A DNA stretch of 64,000 nt from Gnetum montanum (Eukaryota; Plantae; Gnetophyta). The stretch covers positions 164,537 to 228,536 of the forward strand of contig MNCI01000189.1 of the NCBI GenBank assembly GCA_015680685.1, given 5' to 3'. Of this stretch, positions 41,265 to 55,200 are shown piece after piece; position 1 is the stretch's first letter, and each line of letters begins with the position of its first letter. The position numbers were made by a program, and so were the translations under genes. The notes beneath the pieces were generated by a model. The model did no database searches, had not been told where the DNA came from, and worked only from the letters and a program-made list of their open reading frames with translations.

Positions 41265-41510
41265 GTTTAATTAATATTATTTTCCATCATCCTCAGGAGT
41301 AGTAATAGTGTAGAAACACATCATACACCTCACTCTAGACTAAACCATACATGAAAAAGCTAATACTAGTCTAGGTGGGAAGACAATGAACTACAACCTA
41401 TGAGTAACTATCTAAATACCACAACTAGCCCGTCTGCAAAGTTTGACCAGATTGTGCATGAAACGCTCATATTCATATGGTTGAGTGTAGGGGTACCTCA
41501 CCACTCATCA
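40649..41510 (+). mobile_element. Solo LTR (TGATGA...TCATCA family)
   Basis: Termini TGATGAG/CTCATCA; near-TSD CCAAA/CAAAA; contains (CT)n at 41231-41260. Confidence 0.85.
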
Positions 41511-42870
41511 CAAAACTAGAGGGGTAAAGCCTCCCTAATAAGTCTACATATCCTTTTGATAAGGTTCACAAATGAATCATGGCTATGTAGTTTTATTGGT
41601 GATGGTNCAAGGTTCACAAATGAATCATGGCTATGTAGTTTTATTGGTGATGGTTAAGATAACATGAAACTTGTAAGAATTTCTAGACTCCTTTCATCCC
41701 CATTACATAGTGAAACAACCTTCAATTCATCAACAAGTCATGTTTTCTCTACTCTCCCCTGCTTGAAAGAACAACATTCTTGTATTTAATCTTGTTTGTA
41801 TGTTTTTCTAAATGTGGAGAGTGTAATGTATATCAAGAAACTTTAAATAACTAGAAGCTCTTTCAGTTGTTGTAGACAAGAAGGTCTAATGGCTAGGATT
41901 ACTCAACTATAAAGCACAAATATTGAACTCAACCTAGCATCTAATAAAGGCTTAGAGATGTTTGTGCAATCCAAGTTTATGAAGAACATATTTACTCTTT
42001 TTCATATAAACTATACTAACCTTTCTACCCTAAGAAAAATCTACTCGCTTGATATATGAGATGGTCCTCTACCTTTGGTAATCATACAAGAGTATAGAGT
42101 TGATCCTCTGCAACCAAGGAGAGACTATTTCATACCTTGGAGAATCTACTCCTCATGCCTAATGATAGCTTAACACTAGCATGTGTAGAGATTTTAGGAT
42201 TCTAGCCTCATTGTGGCATCATCCAACTCCTTGATTAAAGATGAAAAGATACAAATTCTCTGCCTCTTAGAAGTGTTCCATCTTGAATCCACTTTTACAT
42301 CATCTAGCTTGTCACACATTCACTAATTCTTTATAGGTAATATTATAACTCTTAAATACTATGACTCCCATTGGAAAGTGGTTGTGTCTAGCTAGCCATC
42401 CTTATACATCCACAAAAGTAAATAAATATGATTTTTTGTGTAGAAGTTTGTGATGAACATCTACTTATTCCTAAGAGCTTGTCATTTCTCTCAAGTATCC
42501 TCCTTCGAAAATTTGTCTTGCCAATGTACCAAGAACTTGACATTTTGATCAAGAGTGAAACCTGTGGTGCACATATTAACAATGGAATGAATCTATCATA
42601 TTTTGATGATCTTAATGTTTAAAGGTCATTGGAACATAAATTTTTTTTAATTAACATCTCCTAGATGGAACTTTTTTAACATGGAGATATGAAACACGAG
42701 ATGATATTTTGCTAGATATGCTGGCAACTACAAAACTTGTAAGCAACTAGGTTCAAGAGTAAGGACATCAAAGATCCATTATAGCACATTAAGAACTTTT
42801 GGCTTGCCTCCTTCTTCAATTTCATTTGCCTTGCATAATCTATTTTTAAAAGAGCACATTCTTCTACAGT

Positions 42871-43082
42871 TGATGAGTGGCGAGGTACCCCTACACAACC
42901 ATATGAATACGAGCGTTCACACACAATCCGGTTGAACTCCACAGATGGACTAGTTGTGGTATCTAGATAGTTACATGTTGATTGCAATTCACTATCTTCC
43001 CACCTACGCTAGTATTTACTTGGTCATGTATGGTTTAGTCCAAAGTGAGGTCAATGATGTGGTCCTAAACTAGTGCTACTCA
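42871..43082 (-). repeat. 3' end of a same-family LTR in reverse orientation
   Basis: Reverse complement of the ...GGGGTACCTCGCCACTCATCA terminus. Confidence 0.8.
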
Positions 43083-43347
43083 TAGGTGCTACTCATGAAA
43101 GTTCGTCACCGAATAAGTGTTCGAGCCGATGGGATGAACTGTTTTTCATTAATTGCTAATGTTTGGTTTTTACCTTCAAGTTACATTGTTGATACTAAGG
43201 TATGTTCTTTTGATATGGCAGGCAATGAGATCACTTCATCCATCCATCCATCAAGTCTATGGTTTCCCTTGGCTTGGAAATGTACAGTTCCCTTCTAATA
43301 AGAACTTTAACGAACCAGTGATTGGGCATTTCTCAAACTAAGGAAGG

Positions 43348-44258
43348 NNNNNNNNNNNNNNNNNNNNNNNNNNNNNNNNNNNNNNNNNNNNNNNNNNNNN
43401 NNNNNNNNNNNNNNNNNNNNNNNNNNNNNNNNNNNNNNNNNNNNNNNNNNNNNNNNNNNNNNNNNNNNNNNNNNNNNNNNNNNNNNNNNNNNNNNNNNNN
43501 NNNNNNNNNNNNNNNNNNNNNNNNNNNNNNNNNNNNNNNNNNNNNNNNNNNNNNNNNNNNNNNNNNNNNNNNNNNNNNNNNNNNNNNNNNNNNNNNNNNN
43601 NNNNNNNNNNNNNNNNNNNNNNNNNNNNNNNNNNNNNNNNNNNNNNNNNNNNNNNNNNNNNNNNNNNNNNNNNNNNNNNNNNNNNNNNNNNNNNNNNNNN
43701 NNNNNNNNNNNNNNNNNNNNNNNNNNNNNNNNNNNNNNNNNNNNNNNNNNNNNNNNNNNNNNNNNNNNNNNNNNNNNNNNNNNNNNNNNNNNNNNNNNNN
43801 NNNNNNNNNNNNNNNNNNNNNNNNNNNNNNNNNNNNNNNNNNNNNNNNNNNNNNNNNNNNNNNNNNNNNNNNNNNNNNNNNNNNNNNNNNNNNNNNNNNN
43901 NNNNNNNNNNNNNNNNNNNNNNNNNNNNNNNNNNNNNNNNNNNNNNNNNNNNNNNNNNNNNNNNNNNNNNNNNNNNNNNNNNNNNNNNNNNNNNNNNNNN
44001 NNNNNNNNNNNNNNNNNNNNNNNNNNNNNNNNNNNNNNNNNNNNNNNNNNNNNNNNNNNNNNNNNNNNNNNNNNNNNNNNNNNNNNNNNNNNNNNNNNNN
44101 NNNNNNNNNNNNNNNNNNNNNNNNNNNNNNNNNNNNNNNNNNNNNNNNNNNNNNNNNNNNNNNNNNNNNNNNNNNNNNNNNNNNNNNNNNNNNNNNNNNN
44201 NNNNNNNNNNNNNNNNNNNNNNNNNNNNNNNNNNNNNNNNNNNNNNNNNNNNNNNNNN
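43348..44258. other. Assembly gap (N run)
   Basis: Run of Ns. Confidence 1.
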
Positions 44259-45797
44259 GAACCTAAACCGAAGCAAGGTATGCTTTACTTAATGATTCAA
44301 TTACCCTTGCTAATATATGATTGTGTTGTATGTGCAGATGGCAATTATACAACAACGAAATGGATCTGAAGCAAACACTTGAAATGGAGCAACACTAAAG
44401 CAGCTATGCAAGGAGCGGAATTGATAATGCGCTTACGGATGGACAATAGAAGGCACAATCTAGGCGTTGGCAGCGACAAGACTCTTCTCTCTTCTTCTCT
44501 TCTATTCTCTTTCCTCTTTTCTCTCAGCTGCCAAATGTGGCCTGATGTCATTGTAATAAGGTGTTCACCCTTGTTGTCATGAACACCAGTTTTTGTCAAG
44601 TCTTGTAATAAAGACCCGTTCACATGTCATCCCATTAGTTCCATTTCCCCTAATAATCCCATACCTACTTGATATCATTGTAAGGAACTCGAGGACGAGT
44701 TTTCATTTAGTCATGGGGGTATGATGAGGCGCGACATGCACTGTGCCGCGATATCGCGTATGCGATATCGTGGCCACCACGATATCGCATCTTTCCCTGC
44801 GATATCGTGTACGAGATATCGCGGTCCGCCGCCATATCTATAAATAAGAGGCGGCACTCCCCTTATTTCCCATCCTGGCTAGAAGTAGCGAAGCTCTGGC
44901 AGATTGATCACTCCAAAGTTAGAATTTTCCCCATGTGCCCGCAGTAGGAGTCCTAGAGTGAACAGCTCTTTATTCGAGCAACTTGTAACCTGAACCCAAG
45001 TTGTGTACAGCAATAAAGATGAACTTGATTGGATAAACCTTGCAGCACGTGGTTTTATTTATTGTTGTTTATTTACTGCTTTCCTAGTGCGTACAAGTAC
45101 GACTTGATTACGAGCGTCTACGGACGTGTACGGCTAATCAAGGAATCGGCTGCTTGTCGCAACGCGTGAGTACGACTTAACTACGAGCATTTGCTACTTG
45201 GTAACCTAGTAGCGTATTCTAGGATCTGCGCTTGGTAATCCCAGTGGTAGTCCAATGTGTATGGCTAGTTAAGGAATCGGCTGCTCATCGCTAGGCTAGA
45301 ACGTGTGATAAGTACAACTTAGTTACGAGCACCCACGGGTGTGTACAGCTAGCTAAGGAATCGGCTGCTTATCACACTTAAGCTAAATAGGTGCCTCAGT
45401 ACGACCACTTCGAGCACTTGCGTTACGTGTGGTGATCCCAGTAACGATTAGCGTTTGGTAAGCCACAGTTGCATAGTTCAGGGTGTGTCCGGTAAGTGGG
45501 AACGGATGCTGACGCTAGTTAATTTAGACTTAGGACATTAGTTAGAGTTAGCTTAGTTTCTCAACCCTTTCCTCTGATAGCATAGAAGATAAACCGAAAA
45601 ATACCAAAAAAATCACATACCTCAGACTTGCTTAACCATACACCGTGACACTTACAAGCAAGCCTGGGAAGACAACGAACGATTAACCCCAAGTGTTTCT
45701 TGTGGTGTTAAGGCATTTAGTCTGCGGAGTTCGACCGGATCGCGTGTGCACGCTCGTATTCGTATGGTTGAGTGTAGGGGTACCTCGCCACTCATCA
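44259..45797 (+). mobile_element. 3' internal region, PPT and 3' LTR (44722-45797) of a TGATGA-family LTR element
   Basis: CTCGAGGACGAG...CATGGGGGTA PPT, then TGATGAG...CTCATCA; CpG-rich, so apparently young. Confidence 0.8.
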
Positions 45798-45899
45798 ACA
45801 AGCATGCACATTCCTCTTGCAAAGAAATGGGTCCTTTTTGTATTCCTCTACAGTCGTTTTTTTCTATGTTCTTCTTCCTTCTTGGCCACTTATTCCATA

Positions 45900-48200
45900 A
45901 GTTTTTGTATTCAATGGACATGCAACTCTAAAAGTTTCCCTTAAACATAGATTCCAAGACTTTTGTGCATTTTGTTTCGGAGCCCATCTATGATGTGCCT
46001 CAATTACTTTCTTTGAGAAAAGCCACGCCCTCGACATCGGTGCAACAATGAGTAATATCTACTGAGGCCACATTAAGAGTATCATTCCCTTACTTTCATC
46101 CTTAAATCTACTTCTTCAAGTTGGACACAAGCAAATAAGTTTGGTACTTATTGTTGAAAAGTTCTAACATTGTACTCCATTGGCAAATGAAGTCTAGTTC
46201 CAACGATTGGAAGCAACTTTTAACCTCCTTAATGTGTATCCTTGGGAATAACTTTAGCTTTTATCATTCGTTCTTGATGTTTTTCAAGGCACAAGTATCA
46301 TGGAAGGGTTGCATATGGTTCTACGAATCAACATTGCAGCCTCCCTCAAATCTAAGAATATTGGTCATGCACAACCACTTGATGTAGCTTTGATTTTAAT
46401 GTTTAGTTGGGGTTTGAACAACTTCCCTAATTTTGATCAAACTTTGAATTATTAACAAAGGTTCATTGTTGTCTTCTAGTTCATCATAAACATGATCTCT
46501 TTTGTGTTTCCTTTTGGTGTTTCCTTTCATGTTTGTGGTCTCAGTGTCTATCACTTTCTCTGTCTTTGTCTCCATCCCTGTCTTTGTCAAGTTGCCTATC
46601 ATGACCTCTATTTGCAACTCTTCCTCCTAGTCTATGTTCATCCTCATCAAAGATGACTGATAAGGATGAGGAAGAAGATGGAGAACTAGAAGATCCATGT
46701 CAAATTACTCTCCTTCTATGACCCTCATGATGATCTCTCCTTTGCCAAATGAAGGACCTAGGCTTGAAGGCCCTTTATGTATTAAGGCCTATCCCACCTT
46801 TTTCTAGGTTGCTTGCTAAGGTAGAGCATAGCCATGGGTTGCCTAATTCATCAATTTTGAAGACAGGTGGTTGTTGGCAATAGGATGTCTCTAATCAATA
46901 ATCAATATCTTCCTTCTCTAATAAGATGTTAATGGGATGGTAGAATGCTTGTCCTTGTTAAATTCATGATGGATCTCCATAAAAAAATGTTGTCTATGTT
47001 GGGCTTTAATGCACTTATAAAGTATGGACATGTAATTGTGCACCCAATACTCATTTGTCATAAACTTCGATGTATTTTTCATTAATGCAACTATGAGCAT
47101 TGATGGAGTTGCTCTATCAAGTAACAATACAATGATACCTTACGAGTCCCACCATATCATTTCTTCATCCTGGTGAAAGATAAAGACAAATTTCGAATAA
47201 CAAGGATATGGATGACTGTAAATGAATTTCACTTGATATGGTACATTACATCATCATAATCACAATTGGTTTTATCATCACCCCTTGCAATGTTATTTGC
47301 AGGAGGTGGAGAATCAACCCTGTAAGAAGCAGACATGATTAATTAGTATATCTAATAATATAGATTATACTTAAAAGATAAATCATTAAAATCTTGCATA
47401 ACGATTATGTATGATATAACTTTCTAGACTACTAGCACCATGTCCAACAATGACATCAAATGATGTGGAGTGAGTATGGCTAATGCTCCAGGATACAATC
47501 TACAAGCATCACTGTAGACAATGTCATATTTTGTAGATAGTACTACTATTAGCATTCGGGAGGTTATTCAATAATCACATATCGTTATCTTCCCACTTGG
47601 ACTAGTGATGGCTCTAATGTGTGTAGCTTAATCCAAAGTTAGACACATGATTGTGATGTTTTTCAGCCATTTAATTAAACTAATTGAAAATATGGAAATT
47701 AATTAATTACCATAATTAACTAAAGAGTATATTTTATTTTGGCTTAAGAGCAATGAGTGTCCATTCCCAATTTACTGTACATGGCTTGAACTCATGCAAC
47801 CACTTCTAAGATTACCAAGAATTATTCTACTAGATGACCCAAGTAACAACACTACTGGGATTACCAAGCCATTATGTGTTTATGCTCGAAGTCAATCGCA
47901 CTCATTAAGTCAAACTCTTACAGTTTCACTTCATGATGTCATTAATGCACTCATTCCTAGAGCAAATCTATCTAAGTGCTACAATCATAAGGAATCAATC
48001 TCAATCTTGATTGCTACTACAAAAACAAGATCATGAAATGAAACTTTAAAAATTTAGTTACCTATTGTATTAAGTGGGTAGTATTTATCGACAAAATGAT
48101 AAATGGGATATTACATATGCCTCACTTATTTCTACTAAGAATCATGAAGTGAAACTGTAAGAGTTTGGTTACCTATTGCATTAATGACATCATTAATGCA
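45900..48200 (-). mobile_element. Degenerate Athila-like element: gag remnant (~46100-46400) and LTR remnant (~47480-48200); possible protease remnant near 41900-42000
   Basis: Minus strand FEGGCNVDS..HMQPFHDTC...KLKLFP...CQWSTMLELFNNKY resembles Retrotrans_gag; reversed LTR motifs (GGATTACCAAG, ATCTTCCCAC). Confidence 0.5.
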
Positions 48201-48621
48201 TATGCAAAATATCGCATTAAAACCTATCATATCAAAGCCTATTAATAATGTGTCTATTTGATGCAAGAGGACATGAATATTTCTAAGAATTGGGTTCATG
48301 TAAATATCTAAGAATTAGATCCTTTTACGGATTTTTTTTATTTATAACAAAATACTATCAAGTAAAATTGAAAAGACCCTTACCACTAAGTAAACACCTC
48401 AGTGTTATCCAGTTTTAACGTATTTTCACAGTTTTTATTTTTACTTAATTTCTTTTTATCTACTGATGGATTGTTCTTTGACAAGTAGCATGGTAACTAT
48501 TACATCGATCTTTCTACTCTCTTAACTAGTGAAAATAAATGCTTGCAATTTTATATGATTTAGATTAATGAAGCTAAACTCGTCCCTCGTGTTGTTTACC
48601 GGTTTTCCGCTCGTGTGTGAA

Positions 48622-49119
48622 GTAGCAAAAAGAAAGCCACAGCATGCAACATTTCGGGAAAAAAAATTCTGACAAATGTTATGTCCAGCATCATTGTTTC
48701 CAAGACAAGAAAATGCCTTTGAGCAATGCAATCGCTGGACATATCCGAGAAAATGACTGGTTGTCAAATAATAGATCGTGTCCAATTTTGATTTTTTTTT
48801 TATTTTTCTAATTGCGCTGCCTAATCAAATTTGTAGCTGCAACGTGTTTAAAGTAGCAAAAAGAAAGACACGGCATGCTAGAAAAAAATTTAAACAAATG
48901 TCATCTCCGGCATCATTGTTTCCAAGACAAGAAAATGTGATCTTAAGCATCATTATTTTACAAGAACAATAATCTTAATCAATGCAATCTTTGGAATCAT
49001 TGGACCTGTATGAGAAAATGATCAAGTTAGCTTGTCAAACAACAGATCGTTTAGAATTTTGATTTGTCCTTTTTAATTTTTTTTACTGCGCTGCCTAATC
49101 AAATTTGTAGCTGCAACGC
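48622..49119. repeat. Imperfect tandem duplication (~230-265 bp) downstream of the DCL1 stop
   Basis: 48622-48844 vs 48853-49119 share GCATCATTGTTTCCAAGACAAGAAAATG and GCGCTGCCTAATCAAATTTGTAGCTGCAACG. Confidence 0.85.
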
Positions 49120-49271
49120 TATACATTTGATATGCTCAACCAGCCTTGAAAATGCAAAATTTTTCCTGAGTTTTGGCTTTTGTATCTGCACGCTTAATTT
49201 AGCATTAAATTATGCAATTGCCAATGAAGAGCAATATTCCTAACATGTTCAAGGTGGGCCAATTCTTTATT

Positions 49272-52200
49272 TTAAGCCATGGCCTTTTCTGCTTCGGCTT
49301 CTTTTTCCTTCAAACGAACAAGAGCATTACGGGCCGCTAGCTTCTGGGCCATCTTTTTTTGAGGGTTTTGGGCAACTCCTATCAGAACCTTATCAACGTA
49401 CACCTCCACAGTAACCATATTTGCAGTTCTGGAAGCCTTGTACTCTAAAGCCTCAGCCTGCTGTTGACATCTCTCTTGAAGCTCACGAACCGGATGCATG
49501 GGAAGTGTATCTGGAGTTACCATTGGCTGCAGCAGAGGTTGAAACACCTAAGAAGACAAAGAACAGATTAATAGACATTTCTTAGATCATACACTTCCAA
49601 TTTCATGAACAATATGTCCTTGTGAAACCTACCTCCCACACTCTAGCTGTGTCCAGTCCATTGTCCAATAAAATTGCACCTGCAATGGATTCCACTATAT
49701 CTCCAAGAACCTTCGGTGCTTTGAAGTCCCCGAGACCAAAGGAATTTATACCTGGTTTGTCCAGTTCGGCTTGAATGTCTTTCACGAAGTCTCTAATCTG
49801 CAAGCATTTATGGATCGTAAAAATTTCTCAGCTATGCATGTATGGTAGACCCAAAACCATAAAGACTGTTTGCTTGTTAAGTAGCAATTATCACCTGTGC
49901 ATCTAGTGCCGTTGAGCCATGTCTGACATGCAAATGAAGTTTATGTTTGACAGCAACTCGGGCAAAGTTCTCATTGTTGACAGCTGCAGCACGCAGATCG
50001 GTAAGGCATCCTGGAGGAAGATCGGTATATGTGAAAAAGAGATGTCTTGTTATGAGATGATCCAAAACCGCATCTCCGACAAATTCCAGGCGCTGGTAAC
50101 AGGATACCCCAGAAGAGGGGCGCGATGCATGGGTAATGCCTTCAACCAGCAAGCTCTTCTCATCGAACTTATAGTTCAAGGATTCTTCAAGCTTTTCAAA
50201 ATCAATGCTTCTCATTACAGACTCCGGCACTTTGCATCCTTTCCTGGCAAGTTCTCCATCCCCAGGATCATACTGGGTAGGAATTCCTATCCAATTCATA
50301 AGGTGAGCAGCTGCATTTTTCCCACCTTCGACATAATAAATACCGATCAAAGCCTCCACTACGTCGGCCAGAGTCTTACTGGAAAGAACCCTGTAACAAC
50401 TTGAATCCCCTTCAATTTCCCCTTCCTCCATTGGCTCGATCTCATCCTCATAATCAGCATATTTTTCACTAGCCGGCTGCTCTTCGTTTTCTGTCTTGTC
50501 TGAGTAGCTGTCCGAGTCATTTGTATCCTCGTCGAACACAGGAAGCACTCCTGGAGCAGCCCATCTCGATGGAGCAAAACGATCGGCCTGAATGTATGCC
50601 TGCAACCCTTTGTCAAGTGCATATTGATAGAGCACAACATTGCTTACTGTTTGTTGTCTCATTCGAGTAAGCTGACCTTCGTGTTTCTGAGGATACTTGA
50701 GAAACAAGCATCTGCTGACAACCCACTTCAAGTAGGCATCCCCTAGCAGCTCTGCCCTCTCGTAACAAAATGTTTCCTGACACGACGCGGAAGTCAAAGC
50801 TTCCAGGATCTACCAAAGACATATTACGAAATTAATTAGCAGGTAGGAAGAGGCAGTTCACCAGAACCCATATTAATTAATGAAATAAAGTGAAGTGACA
50901 TACTTTTAAAGATGGAATTGGATAGTTTATCTCATGCTTTAACTGAATTGCAAGAAGCATGCTTTCAACTCTCCTCATTACCGATGGCAATCTCTGCGCT
51001 CCTCTTACAAGTGATCCCGGCAAAGGATGAACCAAGCACAGTTCTGGCGGAAGCATTACATAGTAGGTCTTGTCCTGATTATCATCTACGCAACCTGCAG
51101 AAGACATACTTTCAATCAAGTATACAAGTTAGGAATCACAACCATGTAGAGAAAACGAGTTAAATGTGGTAAGGAGCTTGTTACCCTCAGTTGTTTCAAA
51201 TCTCGGGGAAAGCAAGTTCTTGCAGTATGAGACACCCCGCCCTCTTATAAGAGGCTGCTTCTTACACTTCAGTTCAACTCCATACCTGGATAATTTGTAA
51301 GAATAAGATCATATGATGCCGTGGGAAGTTCAGCAACGTAATGCGATCACTAAATTAATACAAAATTTGTACATACTTCTGTTTGTAATAATCTGCATAT
51401 GAACTGTATTCTAGAGGACCCAAATATCCCTCTTTCCTAGGGAAAGAACTCTCTGCATTCATTTCAGACCGGATTGAATCTACATAAAACCTCTTCCCTG
51501 AATGAGCAGCAGTAACTATTTTACCTAGTAGCTTTTCTATTTCAATATATCCATCTGCTATCAGTAACTTCCCTGGTGGGGGTTCATTATCAAGCTGGCC
51601 CACTGTGTCACGCGAGGGAACTAACCCTGATGCTTTTACTGCATCAAACTGGGCAACGGCCCCTCTGATTCCATAAGTTGGGTGTGATTTTTGGCCAAAA
51701 GCCATCCCAAAACGCAATTTCCTAAATCCATACTCTCGACGGTCTCCACCAAGAGTCCGTTCATCTGTACCTAGGTAAACGTCTGGACGAGCCCTGTGGA
51801 GGGGGTTATTCCAAGCATCAGTATTTAGAACCTGATCAATAAGATGCCAGTCTATTTCGTGGAATGGATTTGAGCCAGCTTCAGCTGCCAATGGAGCAAA
51901 CAGGTATGCTTTAGCAGGATCCCATGGGGTCGTGGCTGGATCAACATTGACATCAAGGACTATACTCATAAGCCTCACATGAAAGCTTTTCAACGCCACC
52001 AACTGCAAAAACAAGAATTCTCATGAAAACCAAATAATATATTTACAAAATACGACATATGATAAAAGCATGCAAAGCTCTATCAGACAACCTTGGACTC
52101 AGTGATCTGGACAGCGCCTCCGTAATCAAGAGAGGCCTTTGTGATCATAGTTCTTGCTATGAAAAGATCCATTGCCATTAATAAAACCTGCAATCGAAAA

Positions 52201-55200
52201 GATTTTGTCCATCATCCTTTTAAATCGTTCAACAAAAAATATTTCCAACAATTCTTGGTAAAAACAACATTTCCCAAACAAATAACCGGCCTCAAGATCT
52301 AGCTCACTGCCAAATAGCACTGCAAAATCTGTAGTTTGTGTTAAAAATGGATCCTTCGTAAATCCACGATTCTCACTTTTAATCTTGTACAAAAAGAGTG
52401 TAACCACTTTAGATGGGTCAGTTTGACCGTTGTTTCCAGTAAGTATCCAGTCTCCCTGGAATGTAGAAAAATCAACAACTTTAGAGTTTCATTTAAAAGC
52501 TCTATGCTGGTTAATGAAAAAGCTTGAAGATTACTGTAACAGCTATTACATCCATATTTTTTCAAGCGTTTGTAATTTAAGAGGCACAAGATACGTCCCA
52601 AAAAATATAACAATTGAATGAAATAGGATGTTGTGAAAAGTTGATGAAATAATCATCAAACAGCAACCCGTAGACCGTATAACACTTCATGACACCATGT
52701 TAAACATACGAAACAGTAGGGGCAAGAAACAAAAACGAAATCGATTCAACTGATTTAGTTGCAGGTTTTTAAAGTAAGATTAAAATGTAGAAAATAGGGT
52801 AGCTTTCCGAGAAAAAATACCAAGACAGTTTTTTGTAGTTCCTTGTAATAAAATTCAAGTTAATAGATTTTTTTAAGGAACCGAACGAAATTGAAATTTC
52901 TACGAAAAGGAAATAAAGCAAATCGAGGAAAAACTTAGAATTAAACTTAACACCTATAATTATTATAACATTCGTCCTACCACAAAGCCAACAATGCACT
53001 GTTGTTAAAAAATTTGTTTCGACACATGTCTAGAAGATTTTATCCGTCTCACCACTGCCTGGGCAGCGCTCTCCACGTAGGACCAGTGAATATACCATAT
53101 TATGACATATCCTGCATATCAGAAGATACCTAGATTCCTGCACTTTATGAAGTTTCATTGGAAGGTTTTGATATGCATAACACTTATGATCATTCTGATG
53201 GAATGTTTCAACACAAATCCAGTATTCAATGTTAACATACTTGCAAACCATCCAAAAGCTTGGAATGTAATTCTAGTATGTCATAAAGTTTTAAGATCAA
53301 TGCATTCTAGTCAAGTGCTTCACATAGTTTGAATTTTGAAATATATTCCACCAATTTGCCGCAAGATTGTTCAAAATTAAGGGCAATGGAAACTTTGAAA
53401 CTCTTTATTTTACAGTTTTCATGCTGCAAACTGAATTTTCTCCTCTGTAAATATTGTACTGTTGTATGCATCTAGAAATGATTCTAGGGGAAATGCATTA
53501 AGCTAGCCACCATGCAAACATGGCGTGAAGTAAAGATCTGAGAATGCAGTCAGAAGCAGAAAATTACATGAACTACAATGATTTGATTTTGGCAAAAATA
53601 TCTCAGTACCTCAAGAATTTTTGCAACTCCTTCTGGATAAAACTCCCTGTGTCGAGCAGTACCTGGAAGAGGCTCCCCTTCTTCAGGTTTATCAACCTTC
53701 TCCCCTTCATCATCACCGCTTCCCTTGTCTGGCAAAAGCATATCCGTGAATGCCCCCATTTCATGCAGCTGTTTGCAAGCTTCCAGACACACTGCCTATG
53801 AAATAATAAAAGTTGGCAAAGGTACATTTTTATCCATCAGCATAAACTATGTGTTAGAAAGTAGTTGCATAATTCTCTTTTCCTAATTTTATTTTAAAAA
53901 CAAATCAACTCTAGACCATGTACCGCTAACGACAACGCTAATGACTAGCTCCTTTTCTAGGAGCAATCACAGTCATGACAATATTATGGTAACCCTGCTA
54001 GAAATTTTTGCTAATTCACTAAGCACAGTAAAGCCCAATCCATCTAGAATATTTCAACAGGATTTTAGAAATTAAATTTGATAACTGAACTTATCGCTGA
54101 CAATTTTTTTCCTTTGGTTTGAACCTGTTCAGGAACAACGACTACATAGGCCACTCTCTACAACCAGCGGCAGCTGCACACACACTACAAAGGAATCGCA
54201 ACCTCCTATTTATTTCTTAGGATGATCTCTTTGAGGACCAATTTTATGAGGTCATTTTTCCGTAATGATCTCCATACTTTTTCTTTTTACAGTATTCTCT
54301 TTTTTTAATTTTCTTTGTACTGGATATAATTTATTTTTTAAAATAAGGCTTCACTTTCATTTTCAGTTTCAAAATAACTGCCTGTAACTTTAAAAAAGAA
54401 ACCACCTTTTTGTTAAAGGGACCTCGTTGTCACATACAGCTTCACTCATATGCAACATTGCACTGCCAAACCTTTCACATTCTCATTGATCTTTAGCCTT
54501 TTAAGTAGCTGCACTATATTTTGTAAAGATTTTATTGCCTTCCATCATTTGATTAATTAATTTAAAGGTGTTCTTTTCTGATCAGTTTAAAAAAAATTTC
54601 AAATTTTGCAATTCTTAGTAAGTTAAAAATCACAACAACAAAATTAAGTAAAACTGAAGTACCTGTTGTGCCTCACGCCTAGAACTACAAACAGGCCCTT
54701 CAAGCTTTTCAAAAGGGGCATTGCAAGGCAGCTGCAGCTCACACGAGTACTCAACAGAACCCCCTGCCTTATTATGCTGGTTCATGATGAAGTTCGGTTT
54801 TAAATTTGAGTACCTAGAAAAGTTAGGCATATCGATTAAACCGGGCATGGATGGCAAAAGAATAAATAAATAATGAAAAAAGTAATTGTATCAAACATAC
54901 CTATCACTTGGCAGCTGAGAACAATAGAAATGGATAAGCCCTACAGCAGAGTTCAAACTTACAGTGGCACCAGTACTGGGAACCTGGTATATAGCACCTG
55001 GCGGTGTTTCTTGTGAAGTAAACTTGGACACATCTTTGAGATGACTAAGGTCAGTTCTTTCGATAGCCTCCTTGCGCAAGGTCTCTTCGCTATTTCTTGC
55101 ATTTCTAAGGAAGGCTTCATGTGACAAGTTGCCTCTGTAAAAAATATAAAAATTATGAGAATGTATAGCACAAAAGCTTGCATACAGAGACCACAAAAGC

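Noticed and set aside
43322-44276. Long ORFs across the N run
   Set aside because: Artefacts of the gap.
53100-53286. Inverted repeats in a long DCL1 intron as a miR838/miR1047-like hairpin
   Set aside because: Only 9-12 bp stems with poor internal pairing; far weaker than the leader hairpin.
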